From Eledone cirrhosa (lineage: Eukaryota), in assembly GCA_964016885.1 (NCBI GenBank), contig OZ024740.1, positions 60,326,001 through 60,390,000 on the forward strand: a stretch of 64,000 nucleotides of DNA, in the 5' to 3' direction. Below the pieces are notes generated by a model, which made no database searches, was not told the DNA's origin, and worked only from the letters and a program-made list of their open reading frames with translations. The position numbers and the translations under genes are program-made. Shown here one piece after another: positions 1 to 13,125 of this stretch. How positions within the stretch are numbered: the stretch's first letter is position 1; every line of letters begins with the position of its first letter.

Positions 1-205
1 GTGCAGAGAGATCTCCAGATATAAAGCAAGGCCTGTGCCGTGAAGTTTTATAGTGAGCAAAGGCACTGCACAAAGCCAGTCCCACTCTCTTAACCAAGAT
101 GATATTTACCAAAAAGAAGAACAAGTCAACATCATTGGATACCATCAGGGTTGCAGGTGTTATATCAGAGTTTTCCTTCTAGAATTCTGCCTTGACAAAG
201 GCGTC
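1..205 (+). mobile_element. Dispersed repeat resembling an RTE-clade LINE 5' UTR fragment
   Basis: Shares 'cccactctct...aaaagaagaa...caacatc...ttatatcagagtt' with 12068-12330 (+) and 12800-12900 (-). The RTE assignment is from recalled similarity only. Confidence 0.5.
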
Positions 206-243
206 ATCTAAGGAGTCATAATACATACATATATACTTACATA

Positions 244-390
<147 letters not shown>

Positions 391-391
391 A

Positions 392-1958
392 AGACTTGGC
401 TTTGATTTGAAATGGATCTTGCTAATACTTCTGGTAGATCTACCAGGTCCAACCCAACGACTTTCAACGATTGACCTCGAGATTTATTGATGTTCATGGC
501 AAAATTGATTCTGATAGGAAATTGAAACCTTTGAAAATCAAACGCCAAATCAATTGCCTTCAGAGGTACTTTGGGAATGAAACAATTGTCACCAACAAAT
601 TTCCCTAACATGACTGCGATTTCTAGGACATTAGGCATCATATTTTTAATAATGAGTCTTGTGACATTGCAAACTTTTGGAAGTAGCATAACCGAGGCTC
701 CAAGCTTCAGTAACAGGTTGTGTAGAGGAATCCCTGCAAGTTCAACAACCTAGTCTTGGGAAGTGATTGTGTCAATTGGTTTGTAGCAACTTTTCTCTCC
801 CGGTAACATGTCCAGCAGTCTTCTGTTGATTTCTTTCACTTCAATATTTTTCGGTGCTAACATTGCTCGTTCTCAGAGACATTTGGGATCACATTGTCTG
901 ATCTGAATGTTTCGAAAAAAAAACTCTGGCAATCAGTTCTTGTTCTGTTTCAATGATATAGCCAAATGACAGCTGAATCTCGTCGTTAGAGTCCTTTTCA
1001 AGAAGCCAATTTCCCAGTTTAAGTAGTTGAATGGCAAACTCACTAACACCTTCATCACCATTTAAGTGCTCGCATATTGGTTGTAAGGCTCAGCCACTAA
1101 AAGCGGGGCCAGAGATAGGATGTTTTCAGACAGGCATTGATCGGGTCAGCTCGGGTTCTTAGAGGAATTACAGGTTAAGTTGGTCTGAAATCACCAACAA
1201 GAACCATTATCACCCCTCCCATTATGCAAGTATTGTCTCTCAGACCTTTTATTGTCCAGGCAAAAGCTTCAATTGCTCGTTTATGGCACATGGTGGTTTA
1301 ATCTCAAATTATCATCTTGCATGATTGCGGAAGATTATCCAGGGGTGAGTTATTCTTGATGTTGGAAAAAATTCATCATACCTATAGGCAGTGTGCATTC
1401 TTCATCCATCCAGTAGTGATGCTGCAATGCCACATGAAGCCACATCAAGGGAAATATGTTGCTTTTGCCGAACTTTTGCCGAGCTTTTGCGAGCAGGAGG
1501 TTTATGAGGAACGTCGTATCTATGCCAGCAGGAGCATCGATGAAGAAAGGTCCTCCCCTGTCATTTTGAATGTTTTCCTTGATATTGTGGTAGAGGTATT
1601 TTTACTCGTTCGCCAATCGAGGTTAATTTCCTCCGTTTCTTCATGGCTCTGGCATCTGCAGTTAGCTAATGTGTTATTCAATGCCTGATCGATGGAATAG
1701 ATCACAGACAGCTTGATTGCAAATCCTGGGAGGTATATTCCATATACATATCGAGCTAGCTGTAGATAGTCGTCTGGCATATTCTTTTTGTACTCCTGCC
1801 TGAGTAGATGAGCTTCGTCAATTCCACATGCTGTGAATATAATAGCAAGCAACTGTCTTATTTGACTGGTTACTCGAGTGACTGCTGCTTCTAGGGTCTT
1901 CTTCCAATGTCCATTGTCATGTAGGAGTCCATGCTGTTGACATGCTTCTATGTATTTC
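392..1958 (-). mobile_element. Degenerate Helitron Rep/Hel remnant (PIF1-like helicase region)
   Basis: Minus frames give FQRFQFPIRINFAMNINKSRGQSLKVVGLDL (helicase C-terminal motifs) and CQQHGLLHDNGHW...QIRQLLAIIFTAC (Rep-helicase linker), with many stops and frameshifts. Confidence 0.85.
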
Positions 1959-2077
1959 GAATATATGTGTGTGTGTGTGTGTGTGTTATTTATTTCCGTA
2001 AAAAAGGTAAAGGAAAGAAGAGTGCTCTATGTATAGTATAGAGCTATTTAATTATAGAGAGAAAGAAATATATATAT

Positions 2078-2541
<464 letters not shown>

Positions 2542-3030
2542 AAAACACACACATATATATATAAGCAGTAGCACTAATATATTGTGCTTCATTATAGATT
2601 TTAAGTATCGGACTGGGAGAGTCGTTCACACGCCAGATATAATGCTTTGCGGTATTGGTTCATAACATTCCGAAGTCAACTTTACCTTTCATTCTTTCGA
2701 AATCGATAGAAAAAAAACTACATGTCCAGTACTGGGGGTTCCATTATCCTCTATATCTCTTTCTGACTTCTCTCCTCTGGAAGAAATCGGTTGTGTTCAG
2801 GCATGGGGACTGGATGGGTTCTACCAGGTTTAAAATACCCAAAATTATCTATCACTACGGTTCACCCACGACTCTATCAAGAATTATGGGTCCATATATA
2901 CGAACAGTGGATTGAAAAAATCGGTACAGTGTTAGACAACATCTCTAGCTTTCTGTTTTCTAATACCACTCAAGTACGTTTACCTTTCGTTCTTGGGAGT
3001 GGGGGGGTAAAATAAAGTACCATTAAAGTA

Positions 3031-3227
3031 CGAAGGTGGGCTGAAAAGTTCATAGGCTGACTATGAAGGAGGGATGATAAAGCTGTGAAATTTTGGATGC
3101 ATTAATTTCAACTTTTTTTATTAATAATCGCATTTTTCTTTCCAGTGGGTATGTTGAAAAATAAACCTCATTTGGTCATTCCATGAGAGTATCTTGGTCA
3201 TCCTATGAACTTATCAGCAGACACTCG
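3031..3227. mobile_element. Tc1/mariner-type MITE inserted in a SINE
   Basis: Imperfect ~30 bp TIRs (cgaaggtgggctgaaaagttcatagg / cctatgaacttatcagcagacactcg), TA on both sides, and it interrupts SINE sequence aaagta|ctggggttgat. Confidence 0.8.
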
Positions 3228-3467
3228 TACTGGGGTTGATTTAATCATCTTGCCCTTCCTCCAAATTTGCTGACCTTGTGCCTAAATTAAAAATAAATAC
3301 TTAGTTACGCCTCCCTACATTCTTGTGTCAAATCCATTCTGCGTTTTATCTTTACTGGGTCAAGAAAATATAGTGCCAGTAATGTACTGGGTTGATTAAG
3401 TCGACTTTCTCCTCCTTAAAGTTGTTTGTCTAGTGTCTAAATTAGAAGCCATTATTATACTATAACT

Positions 3468-3658
3468 GCGTTGGATTGGCAGTATCAGTAGAGGGTCGGA
3501 CGCCATGCTTTGACGCAAAGAGTTACGTCCCTTTACGATCTGAGTTCAAATCCGGCCGAGGTTAACTTTGCCTTTCATCCTTACGGAGTCGATAAAATAA
3601 AGTATCAGTAATACCCTGGGATAATTGCTGGCCTTGTACCAAAAGTAGAAACAATTAT
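3468..3658 (+). mobile_element. tRNA-derived SINE, family 1
   Basis: A/B-box-like head (tggcagtatcagtaga...gagttcaaatcc), core 'ctttgcctttcatccttacggggtcgataaaataaagtacc', tail 'ggccttgtgccaaaagtagaaacaattatta'. More than 20 copies in the window. Confidence 0.85.
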
Positions 3659-3968
3659 TATACTATAACTGCTCTGAAATAAGATACGACAAACAATAGA
3701 ACTATATAACTGTGATAACAAGTTGAGATGAAATTTAGCTCAGAGAAGATTTATTATTTGCTACAAAGAGAATTTCTAATGAAATTTGAAGAAATTCAAT
3801 TAAATATATATCTTCAGAAATTCTAAGTAATTGCATATAAGTACATTTCTAGAAAAACCTTTGAAATTCTTTACTATAAAAAGCAGTTATGAAACGCTTT
3901 CTTTCAAGTATTTTGTGGTGAGGTAAAATTAACATTTTAATTTTCAGGAAATACCATAAACTTAGTGA

Positions 3969-4353
3969 TAATTGTTTCTACTTCTGGCACAAGGCCAGCA
4001 ATTACCCCCAGTGCATTACTGGTGCTTTATTTTATCGACCCCGTAAGGATGAAAAGCAAAGCTAACTTCGACGGGATTTGAACTCAGAACGTAAAGGGTC
4101 GTAACTATATGTCGCAAAGCATTACCGATACTGCCAATCCACAGCCCAATAATAATTGTTTCTACTTTTGGCACAAAACCAGTAATTATCCCAGTACATT
4201 ACTGGTGCTTTATTTTATCGACCCCGTAAGGATGAAAGGCAAAAAGGCAAAGGCAATGTTAACTTCGGCGGGATTTGAATTCAGACCGTAAAGGGCCGTA
4301 ACTCTTGTTACAAAGCATGGTATCCAGCCCTCCACTAATACTGCTAATCCACC
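3969..4353 (-). mobile_element. Two tandem family 1 SINE copies
   Basis: Reverse complement of the family 1 sequence at 3969-4143 and 4150-4353. Confidence 0.85.
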
Positions 4354-4739
4354 GATAATGAATAGATAAATGACACAGAAGTCGTAATATATATTTTATT
4401 AAGTTTGACCTTTGTTTCTTGAGAGAGATTAGATTTATTCTTATTGAATTGAAAAACAGTTGTCTAATTCAAATCACAAAAAAAAAAATTATTATTATTA
4501 TTTCATTTATTGGCCACAAGGGCCGACATATAGGGGACAATACAAAAGACTGGAACAGTGGAATTTTACAGAAAAATTGAGTAAACAATATGAATAACAA
4601 TAACAAAGTAACAAGAAAAATACAACAAGAAAAATTCCCCAATAGGGGGGATGACCACCCAGGGTTCGCTCAGGTACCCCACCAATCCTGAACGACCCGA
4701 CGCTTCGAGAGCACCCTGGAAGGGCACCCCTCTCCTCCT

Positions 4740-7700
4740 TAAATTTACCCACCTACAGGTGCATGACCAGAATAGGCCCACTCACACGGGCCATTCTCGC
4801 CACATTGACCCACCTTTCAGCAAATGTACTGGGGGGCAGCACTTCTCTCTCCACCCTCACCTTCCTTTCCAAGCGAAACATGAAAATGTTGATGAGGGTG
4901 TAGTGACCTACATTCCGCGGGCTCACATACATTCTCTGTGCGTAATTTGGCTCAGCTCAGCCAATCAGCGCCAGTAGAAGAGGATGTATCCCTACGCGTT
5001 CTGAGGGAGAAATAGCCCGCAAAGATTTGAGGACGCCAACACTTGCAGGCTAGATGACTTCCAGGCTTGACCATGCTAAGTAAAAACCGCTTGTTCTTTT
5101 GCTCCGCCAGCGCAAACAATATGTAACGACAAAACATTACCTACGAGTCTGGCCAAACGCCTTCAGCCAGTCGCCCGTATTTTCTCTTGTAATCTTAATT
5201 GAATTATTTCATTTCTCTTGGCATGCCAGCTCAACCTCTGTTAATAAATAATGTAAAACCAAGCTAAAGTCGTTGTTGATATTCCTATCATATCTCTCTA
5301 CCAAACCTGGTTCCTCGTGGCGACACAACAACTTCTGAAAAATACTTCTCCGTTAAATTGGAATTTACATCTTCAACCAAATGGTGACTTATATTCAACA
5401 AAGAGAAACATTCTCTACCACATTGGTGACAACACATCTTACACCAAAAGGGATTGGCCGAAGAGAAAAGTGTCTGTCTTCAGTCCTTTCAACCTCGTCC
5501 ACCATACAACCTCTTTCGCTACTGCCACAACAGTTGTTCGATATAACTCCACAAGTCAGTAATGCACGAACACTGCACGAGTGCGTGCAGAACGGTTTCG
5601 TCGCTCTCCGCGCATCTTGGGCAGACCCGTCTGACAGCACTTCCGTACCTGTAGAGTTTATCTCGAACCGGCAGTTCCCCCCGGTAGCACTGCCAAGCGA
5701 GTGATTTTTGGAAATTATCCATCGTCCCCGGCTCGAAAGTCCTCCGGAACAGACTGGTTAGTTCGACTTTGTCGACTCCCAGAGCCTCTCCGAGTGCGTC
5801 GTTGCATTTTCCCACCACTAATCCCATATAGAACTCGAGAGTGGAAGTTCCACTGACCGCATTGCCCGCCTGGTAGAGGGAAGTGAGTGCCTGGCAACAT
5901 TCCAGATGCCAGTCACCCAGTCTCGGTCTCTTCTTGACCTAGTGCTGCAGCTCAGTCAAAGAGACGAGCTGCGGAAAGGCCCGTCTGACAAACGGCGCCC
6001 ACACCTGTTCACCGTTTAGGCAGAATATCTGGAGATGCCGCAGCCTCAGCGCGTGTCTGCGAATCTTTAGCCACGGCACGCCACGTAGAGGGTGCTGGCA
6101 GCAGATGGACCGCCTCACCAGCGGAACCTGACCCCTCCACAAGAATTTGAAGAGGAGCCGCTCTAAGATGGCGAGGCGCGAACGGGGGAAAGGGACGACA
6201 GTCAGACGGTAGTAGATGACCGACGCGATGTACGCGTTCGCCACCTCTGCCCGATCTTTCAATGATAGCTTCCTTCCAACTCATTTCTGGGTGAGACTGG
6301 CTACCCTACTCGTCACCTCGTCCCAATTCTTATCCACCTGGAGGTCTGGCCCGAACCAATCCCCAAGCAACTTTACCGGTCCGTCCGTCCAGCGCCTGAC
6401 GACGCTGTTGGACGGCATGGACTTGCCTCTCCAGGTGCCGAGTTGCAAGCCCACCGACTTTTCCGGGTTAAGTTTTGCTCCCGTCAACCTTTCATATTCC
6501 TCCAATAAGTTGCCGACCACCTTGATTTCTGAGGTGTCAGACACCATCACGGTGATGTCGTCCGCATAAGCCGATACAGCCTTTCCGCGTCCCGGTTCGA
6601 GCGGGATGCCCTGCAACAGCTCCAGCTTCCGCAGTAAAGGTTTGATAGTCAATACGTACAGAAGGGAGGAGAGAGGTCGTCCTTGACGGACCGATCGGGA
6701 GACCTGAAACGGTTCCGAGAGGTGGCCATTAATTTTGACCACCGAGTAGGTGCCGCTGTGCATTGCAGCGATCCAGCTTCTGAAGACGGGGCCGAAGCCA
6801 GCCGCCTTGAGGACAGCCTCCAGGTACCGATGGTCGACCCTATCGAATGCTTTCGATTGACCTAAATTGATCAGAGCCCCACCGAAGCCAGGTTTACACC
6901 CTACCCTTGCGCCTCATGCAGCCGACAAGGGCATCCTGAATCTCGGCTGAAGTAATCGGCCTTTCGCAGCGCCCAGCGTCGGCCGTCGAGAGTTGCGGCA
7001 AGCCATCGAGGTAGGGACTGAAGTCCGCCACCGTCTCAGACCCGCCAATTCCCCCGAACAACCGAGCAAAATGTTGGCGAAAGGCCTCACACATAGACTT
7101 GGAATCGCTCAGCTCGTATCCGTCTCAGTCAGTCAAAGACTGAATCGTCGTTTTATTACCACGCTGCGGCTCTGCCACGCGGGCCCATCGAACAGCTTTG
7201 GTTCCCTCGTTTCTCAGAGCACGCGCCTTAGCTCTCACAATGCAACCTTCGTGTTTCGCATTGAAGAAATGGTCTAATGCCATTTTCGCCGCTAGCCTAT
7301 CAGTTACAATGCCACTACCAATAGCCTCGTCTAACTTATCTACCAACTCCCCCTCCTCTCTATTTTTCTCTAACGCTACTTCTTTGCTAAACTCTATCGA
7401 CATTACTCTAATCTCTCTTTTGAGAGCCCCCACCATCTATTGTTGACGACTTCCCCTGTCAACTTTTTCTTAACTAAATTGTTGACCTGGTCCCTGTAAG
7501 CCTTACGTGCCGGAAATGACATGTTTAGCTTCCAGTAACCAGGTCCTAACCTATGAGTTTTATCTAGGTCGACCATACAGATCACAAACTTGTGATCTGA
7601 ATAGGCGACCGTTTTAAAACGTGGACAGCTTACACTATTTCTGTCTATTTTCCTAATGAATATCCTGTCTATATACGATCTAGATGACCCTATGCGGTTA

Positions 7701-8259
7701 GTTCAGGTTCACACTGGCGCATTAGGGAAATCTAATCGGTACCTGTCAGACCGTTGGAACTGGCTGATCAGGTTCTTGAGGCTTTTGCACCACCCGCTCC
7801 TTTCGCATACTCCCACATAGTCCCAACGTGCATCTAAGATGCTGTTCCAGTCCCCTGTACCTGTAAAGGGCGAGACGTACCCAGAAAGGCTTCCAGGCGT
7901 CTAAAGAAGTCCGGCCGTCCTGCACCAGTAAGGGCGTAGACGGCCACCAGTCTAAATGCACCACCTTCGTTATTGTTCACGTCTAGGACCACCAACTTCC
8001 CGTCCAGGTCCCGGAAGATCGACCTTACCTCGAGATACAGGCCTTTCCTAAACAACACTGCCACCCCACCTCTCATTCCCGGCCGGCTAACAGATGCAAA
8101 GATCTGATAGTCGTCGAAAATGAGAGCTAGTGCGCGCGTGTCGGAAATCCTGGTCTCGCTGACGGCAATTACATCTATTTCTAGATACCTGAGTTGACCC
8201 TGCTTCCAGGACGATCCCAGGCCTCGAACATTTAAACTTCCTACTCTTAATACGGCCAT
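4740..8259 (-). pseudogene. L1/Tx1 ORF2 (APE endonuclease + reverse transcriptase), frameshifted
   Basis: LRVGSLNVRGL...VSET, GPGYWKLN, VRQGRPLSSLLY, YADDIT, CPRCAESDETVLHALVQC. Confidence 0.92.
4899..5448 (+). mobile_element. Solo LTR (Gypsy-like) inserted in the L1 ORF2 3' end
   Basis: Starts TGTAGTG and ends CACCAAA (imperfect inverted terminus). 4 bp TSD AGGG at 4895-4898 and 5449-5452. The empty site is visible in the L1 paralogue near 24410. AATAAA near 5243. Confidence 0.7.
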
Positions 8260-8293
8260 ATTGGCAGGTTAAAAGAGAGAGAGGAAGGTTTAC

Positions 8294-9733
8294 TTACCTT
8301 CCGGACTCTTGTGAAGGTCGGGTGGTTCGACCTCCATAGTTGGTGGGGTTTCTTTTGGGAACCCCTTTAAAAGTCTTGAAGTGGGTTTTACGTTCGGGGT
8401 TCCCACGTCCCGAGGAAAGCTGTCTCGTATCTCTTTGTATAAATCGAGCGACATTCGCACCAGAAAAATCTTCCGGCACGCGAAATGTGCTCGATTTATA
8501 CATTTCCCCCTCTTTTTGTATATTTTCCTCATTTCCCCCCTGGGTGGTCAATGTTGGTGGTGGTCTTTCTATTGGTGTTGTTGTTTTTGCCGGTGCTGGT
8601 GTTGGTTGTGGTCCTCGCCCCGGCGTCGGCAGCAGTGGAGCCCTTCGACCCCTTGCATCTTTCAGCAGTTGAGGGCAAAAGGCTCGCAAATGGGTTTTTT
8701 CCCCACAAACAAAACAATGCGGCCTTTTGCCATCGGTCATAATGTGAATGACCGTCCCATTCTGAAGGCGGATGTGGTCCGGGATTGTCTTCACATTCTC
8801 GGGCCTGATCTGGAGAAGTATCTCCAAGTCAACCCCGGACTAGTCCTCTCTGGCCGTTCTTGTCACTTCTATCGGGACAGTATCCGTCCCCTCCACAATC
8901 ACACATCCCAGAAGCCACCACATATCAAATCCTGGTGGGATTCTGGGAATGCGGAGACGGGCCGTTCTTTTTCCCATGTGGGAGGGGTACATTATGACCT
9001 TGCTGGTTTTGCAAGGAGTCATAGCGAGGGCTTCTGACTTGAACAGCACCGCAATGGTGCCGTACTGTCTGGCCCTCGCTTTGTATTCGGTGTCTTCTCC
9101 GATGCACCTCAGCGCGACTTCGACATCTGCTTGTGGAATTAAAGCTGCCCTTTTGGTTTGTGCTGAGATGCATCTATAATGCACCGTTCTGCGCTCCACT
9201 GCCTCAATAGCTTCTACCGGGACAGTTAAGTTGGCCCAGGTTTGCTCTTGCTTGATGAGCTTCCAGGCCTGGGCCAACTTTCATCTTTGTTTCAGAGGTC
9301 CATGTTGAAGCATGGCCTCTTTTTTGCTGCTGCCGCAGCGAAAGTGTTCTTCTTGTCGTTGAGGGTGTTGTTGTTGTTGTCGTTGTTCTTGTTGGTGTTG
9401 TTGTTATCACTGTCGCTGTTATCATTGTTTTCTTTGGTGCCGCCGTTGTTCTTGTTGCTGTTGGTGTTGTCGCTATTTGTTTTCATGTTAGTGGTGTTGA
9501 TATCGTTGTTGCATTTGTCATTTTTTTATCTATATTTTCATTGTCGCTGTTACTGTCATTTTTTTTCAAAATTAGAGTTCTCAGTGTTGTTATCATTGCT
9601 GTCTTTGTTCACATTGTTTGTGGTGGTGTTTGTTGTATCAATTTCTGTTAATTTCGCCGTAGCGCTCCTCTCAACTTTTACGTCGTTGTCGCACGACAGC
9701 AGACATATTGCTGGGGGGGCGTGGCTCAGCCAT
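8294..9733 (-). pseudogene. L1/Tx1 ORF1 (gag-like, CX2CX4HX4C knuckle), disrupted
   Basis: ORF pieces 9292-9486 (N-rich, then FAAAA), 8840-9277 and 8294-8827 containing CFVCGEKTHLRAFC. Confidence 0.8.
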
Positions 9734-12067
9734 GTTTTATTTGTTTGTTTTTTCGATCATTTTTTTAAAATGTAAATGAGTTCAAATATTTGGGCCAAAA
9801 GGCCCAAATATTATTCTTTCCCCTTCACAGGGCAAAGTCCAAGGGCGTGTATGCCTTACACAACAACAAAAATTTCAATAAATAAGGTTTGACAGGTAAA
9901 TAAATAAACTTACGGGAGCGAGCAAAAAGACGTCCGTTCAGACTCAATAATAATAATATGCAAAGTAATATGACAATTTTCTTTCTTTTTTCTGTTTTTC
10001 ATTAAAATGATTTGGAAGCATATTAATGCTTGATTAATGAAGTTTTGCCATTCAAAGGATACTTTCAATGGATAGTTTGTAAAATAAAATAAATACAAAA
10101 ATAAGAGAAAACTATCTTCAATAGAGATATTTCATCAATAATTATATGAGGAGGCTTCAGTTTTCAAGAAGAAGAACATAGAAATATTTCCAACATTCAA
10201 AAACATCTAGAACTGGCTGCTGGATTCCACGAAAGTGTTTTGAAATATATGGAAATTTTATTCTGAAAAATCGCTACTGTATCAGCAGCAAGAAGAGTAG
10301 TAGTAGTATTAGTTGTTGTTGTTGTTTCAGCAGCAGCAGTAGTAATAGTAACACCACCCCACCCCCATCATCACCAGCACCACCATCAGCAGTAGCTGTA
10401 ATCTCAAGCTGTTGCTCGTTTCTGGTATGTTTTACGAGTGGTAATAACGCATTATTTGCAATTTCGGGAGATATGAATCTAAGAATTGATATATTCAAAG
10501 AAAAATGGTCCAGGAACGTTGTGCAAAATTTCACTTTCTCGCTATGACGATAACTATGTGTGAAGGTGCGCGCATACATGTGTGCGTGTGAACTTTCGCA
10601 CATATGCTTGCATTCATATATGTTTGTGTGCTTGTGTGTGTGTGTGCATGTGTGTGTGTTTGGGCGTAACGCTTTTAAAATTCAGAAATTAAATATCCGC
10701 GAAGATCAGAAAAATTAGCAAACTCGTAAAATTCATTAAACTAGATTCATTATTTTAATAATGAAATCATGAGGCCACTAATTTCAAACATTTTTTTTAA
10801 AATATAATTTTATTTTCATTTTAGCATAGCTAATGACAGAATATACCATATGGACGGGTTACACATTCGGTTTGAGAAGTTAATGGTAACAATATCTTTA
10901 AGATTTTATCAACCTTTATTCGGTTTTTCAAAATCAAAAAGGAAGCGTCTTGAAAACTAACAGAAACTAAAAATGATGGGGTGGTCAGAAATCTGTTGAA
11001 TGAGGCTGACCTAGGCTAAACAACATTGAAACAGAATATTCAAGAAATTGATTAATATTTTAGACATTAGCTTGAACAACGATTAATTGAATGAAATGTA
11101 ACTTGACAAGATACAATTAACATTTGAAGTTGTACTTGTTTGGCAAGTCATTTGATCTGAGACAGTACGTTCAAACTGAAGCAATTACATTATGAAAGAG
11201 ACATTTTAGCAATTTAAAAAGTACACACAAAATTGGTTATATTCTCTTTTCATTTATTTCGTGGTGTCAAGATTTTCAACACACCTCAGCGACTTGTTCA
11301 AAATAAATTAATATTGAATATACCAGTTTCTCCGTGTTTTTTAACTGACTAATGTCACTTCCATGACGTAATTAAGATTAAGTTTTTCAAAAAGGTATTA
11401 TCATTGAAATTGCTAAAATTCTATATGAAATTGAATCTCTCATTTCGAAATATTTCTAGATAAAATACCATATTAAACATAAGTCAGTGTCATGTAGTTA
11501 AAATACATTCAGAGGATGTTAAAACCTGCAAAGTGTGTGATGCTTAGCTAATAACATTACAACTATAGGGTTGTAATAGGGGTGGGTATGGAAGAATATA
11601 CGATATGTTTATGTATAATAAACATGTGAGAGTCGCGTTAGGAATGATTTAAGCTGTGGCTATATCACAGCTATCTCAGTTGAGGTGAGAATGCCTGGCA
11701 GGTGTTTCTGGATTTTTATGCTTTATCAGTGACATTTACTCATTCGATACTCAGAAGAGAATAAGCCAAAACCTATAGTCTTGTAATGTATTCGTTTGAC
11801 TTGCTAAACAATAGCAGATAGATCTTTTTCAGATTCCACGGATTCCATCCTGACATCTCCAAAATAAAACGGAAGGAAACTGAGGATAATGAAGTCTGGG
11901 GTAAGCTATTTTTGAAAAGGCAGTAAACTCATTATGAGAATGCTTTCAATCATAGCTCTATTCTATCAAGGCTGGCCTGGGTTAAACAGCGTTACATAGT
12001 AATGTAATATACATGCATAATACATACATACATACATACATAATACATACATAATACATACACACAT

Positions 12068-12330
12068 GATGGCTGCCCTCTCGTTATCGAGTATGGCCAT
12101 TGCACCATATACCATTATTAATAATTATCAATTAATTATATCGTGCAATGCCTGTGCGTGAAGATATTTTTTAAAGTGAGGAAAGACTGTGCACTGAGCC
12201 AATCCCACTCTCTGAGCAACAGTAGCTATAACCCGAAAAGAAGAAAAGATCAACATCTTCGGTAACTACTGAGCCGCAGGTTTTATATCAGAGTTATCCC
12301 AGTTTCCTGAATGCCCTGACAAAGGTTAGG
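12068..12330 (+). mobile_element. RTE-like 5' UTR repeat copy
   Basis: Similar to 1-205 and 12800-12900; flanked by (TACA)n. Confidence 0.5.
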
Positions 12331-12529
12331 GGTCTTTCACTCCCAGTGGTTTAACCGCGCGATCGGATGTCCAGCCCGACTATTTCAATGTCCCCGCGCA
12401 TATACATACACATGCACCCATGTATATACACATATACATATACATACATATGTACATGTGTACATATTTACACACTTTGGGATGGCCGTTGACTCTTATG
12501 AGTTCTTCCGCCCCTTGTTAGGTTTTGTT

Positions 12530-12670
12530 TTTTGTCCTGCAGGGTGTCCAAAATCACCCTCCTCACCAAGTAAACTTGGTGGGGTTGCCGGTGTAGTCGC
12601 CGACGACCCGATCATGTGACAGGTTGTACTGAGTTACATGTTACCAGTAGCACTCAAGAATGACCCGACA
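12530..12670 (-). mobile_element. Dispersed hairpin-rich repeat (probable LINE 5' end)
   Basis: Reverse complement of 37688-37826; both copies start at TA/TG-rich microsatellites. Confidence 0.6.
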
Positions 12671-12949
12671 TACATACATACATACATACATACATACATA
12701 CATACATACATACATACATACATACATACATACATACACACATATATACATATATTTAATAGATCTCTTCAATTTTTGTGGAACGAAGACTCCTAGTCTT
12801 CATTAAGACATTTCTCTAGGAGAAGGTCACTCTGATATAAAACCTTCGACATCGCTTGCATCCAATGATGTAGACCAGTTCTTCTTTTTGGGTAAATGTA
12901 TTCGAAGTTCAGAGAGTGGGATATGGTCCAGACGTTTCCAACAAGTGGC

Positions 12950-13125
12950 CACAAGTAGAGAGGATTGTCCATAACAGCAGGAAATTCGCCAGTTTTATAC
13001 CAATGCTTTTTACCAGTTGATTGATGTACTTAAAGTTAGGTCTTCCTCGAGATCTTTTGCCATGAATAGGTTTCCATATCAATAACTGATATAGCTTGTC
13101 TTTGCTTCTCCAAATAAGCTTAAGT
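12950..13125 (-). mobile_element. RTE-clade LINE 3' end fragment
   Basis: Translates LIWKPIHGKRSRGRPNFKYINQL, homologous to HGHTGRGRPRLTYVDAL near 43270. Confidence 0.6.

Larger units (their letters stand above)
4489..9943 (-). mobile_element. Near full-length degenerate L1/Tx1-clade LINE
   Basis: ORF1 with a zinc knuckle; ORF2 with APE, RT and C-terminal Cys/His motifs; AATAAA plus a (TAA)n tail near 4490-4512. 3' paralogues at 18510-19365 and 24260-24675. Confidence 0.92.

Noticed and set aside
9242-9775. Hydrophobic 177 aa plus-strand ORF
   Set aside because: Antisense of the (AAC)-rich L1 ORF1 N-terminus.
10122-10265. Vague resemblance of RYFINNYMRRL...FHESVLKYM to GINS subunit SLD5
   Set aside because: In-frame stop, spacing too short and similarity too weak to support without a search.
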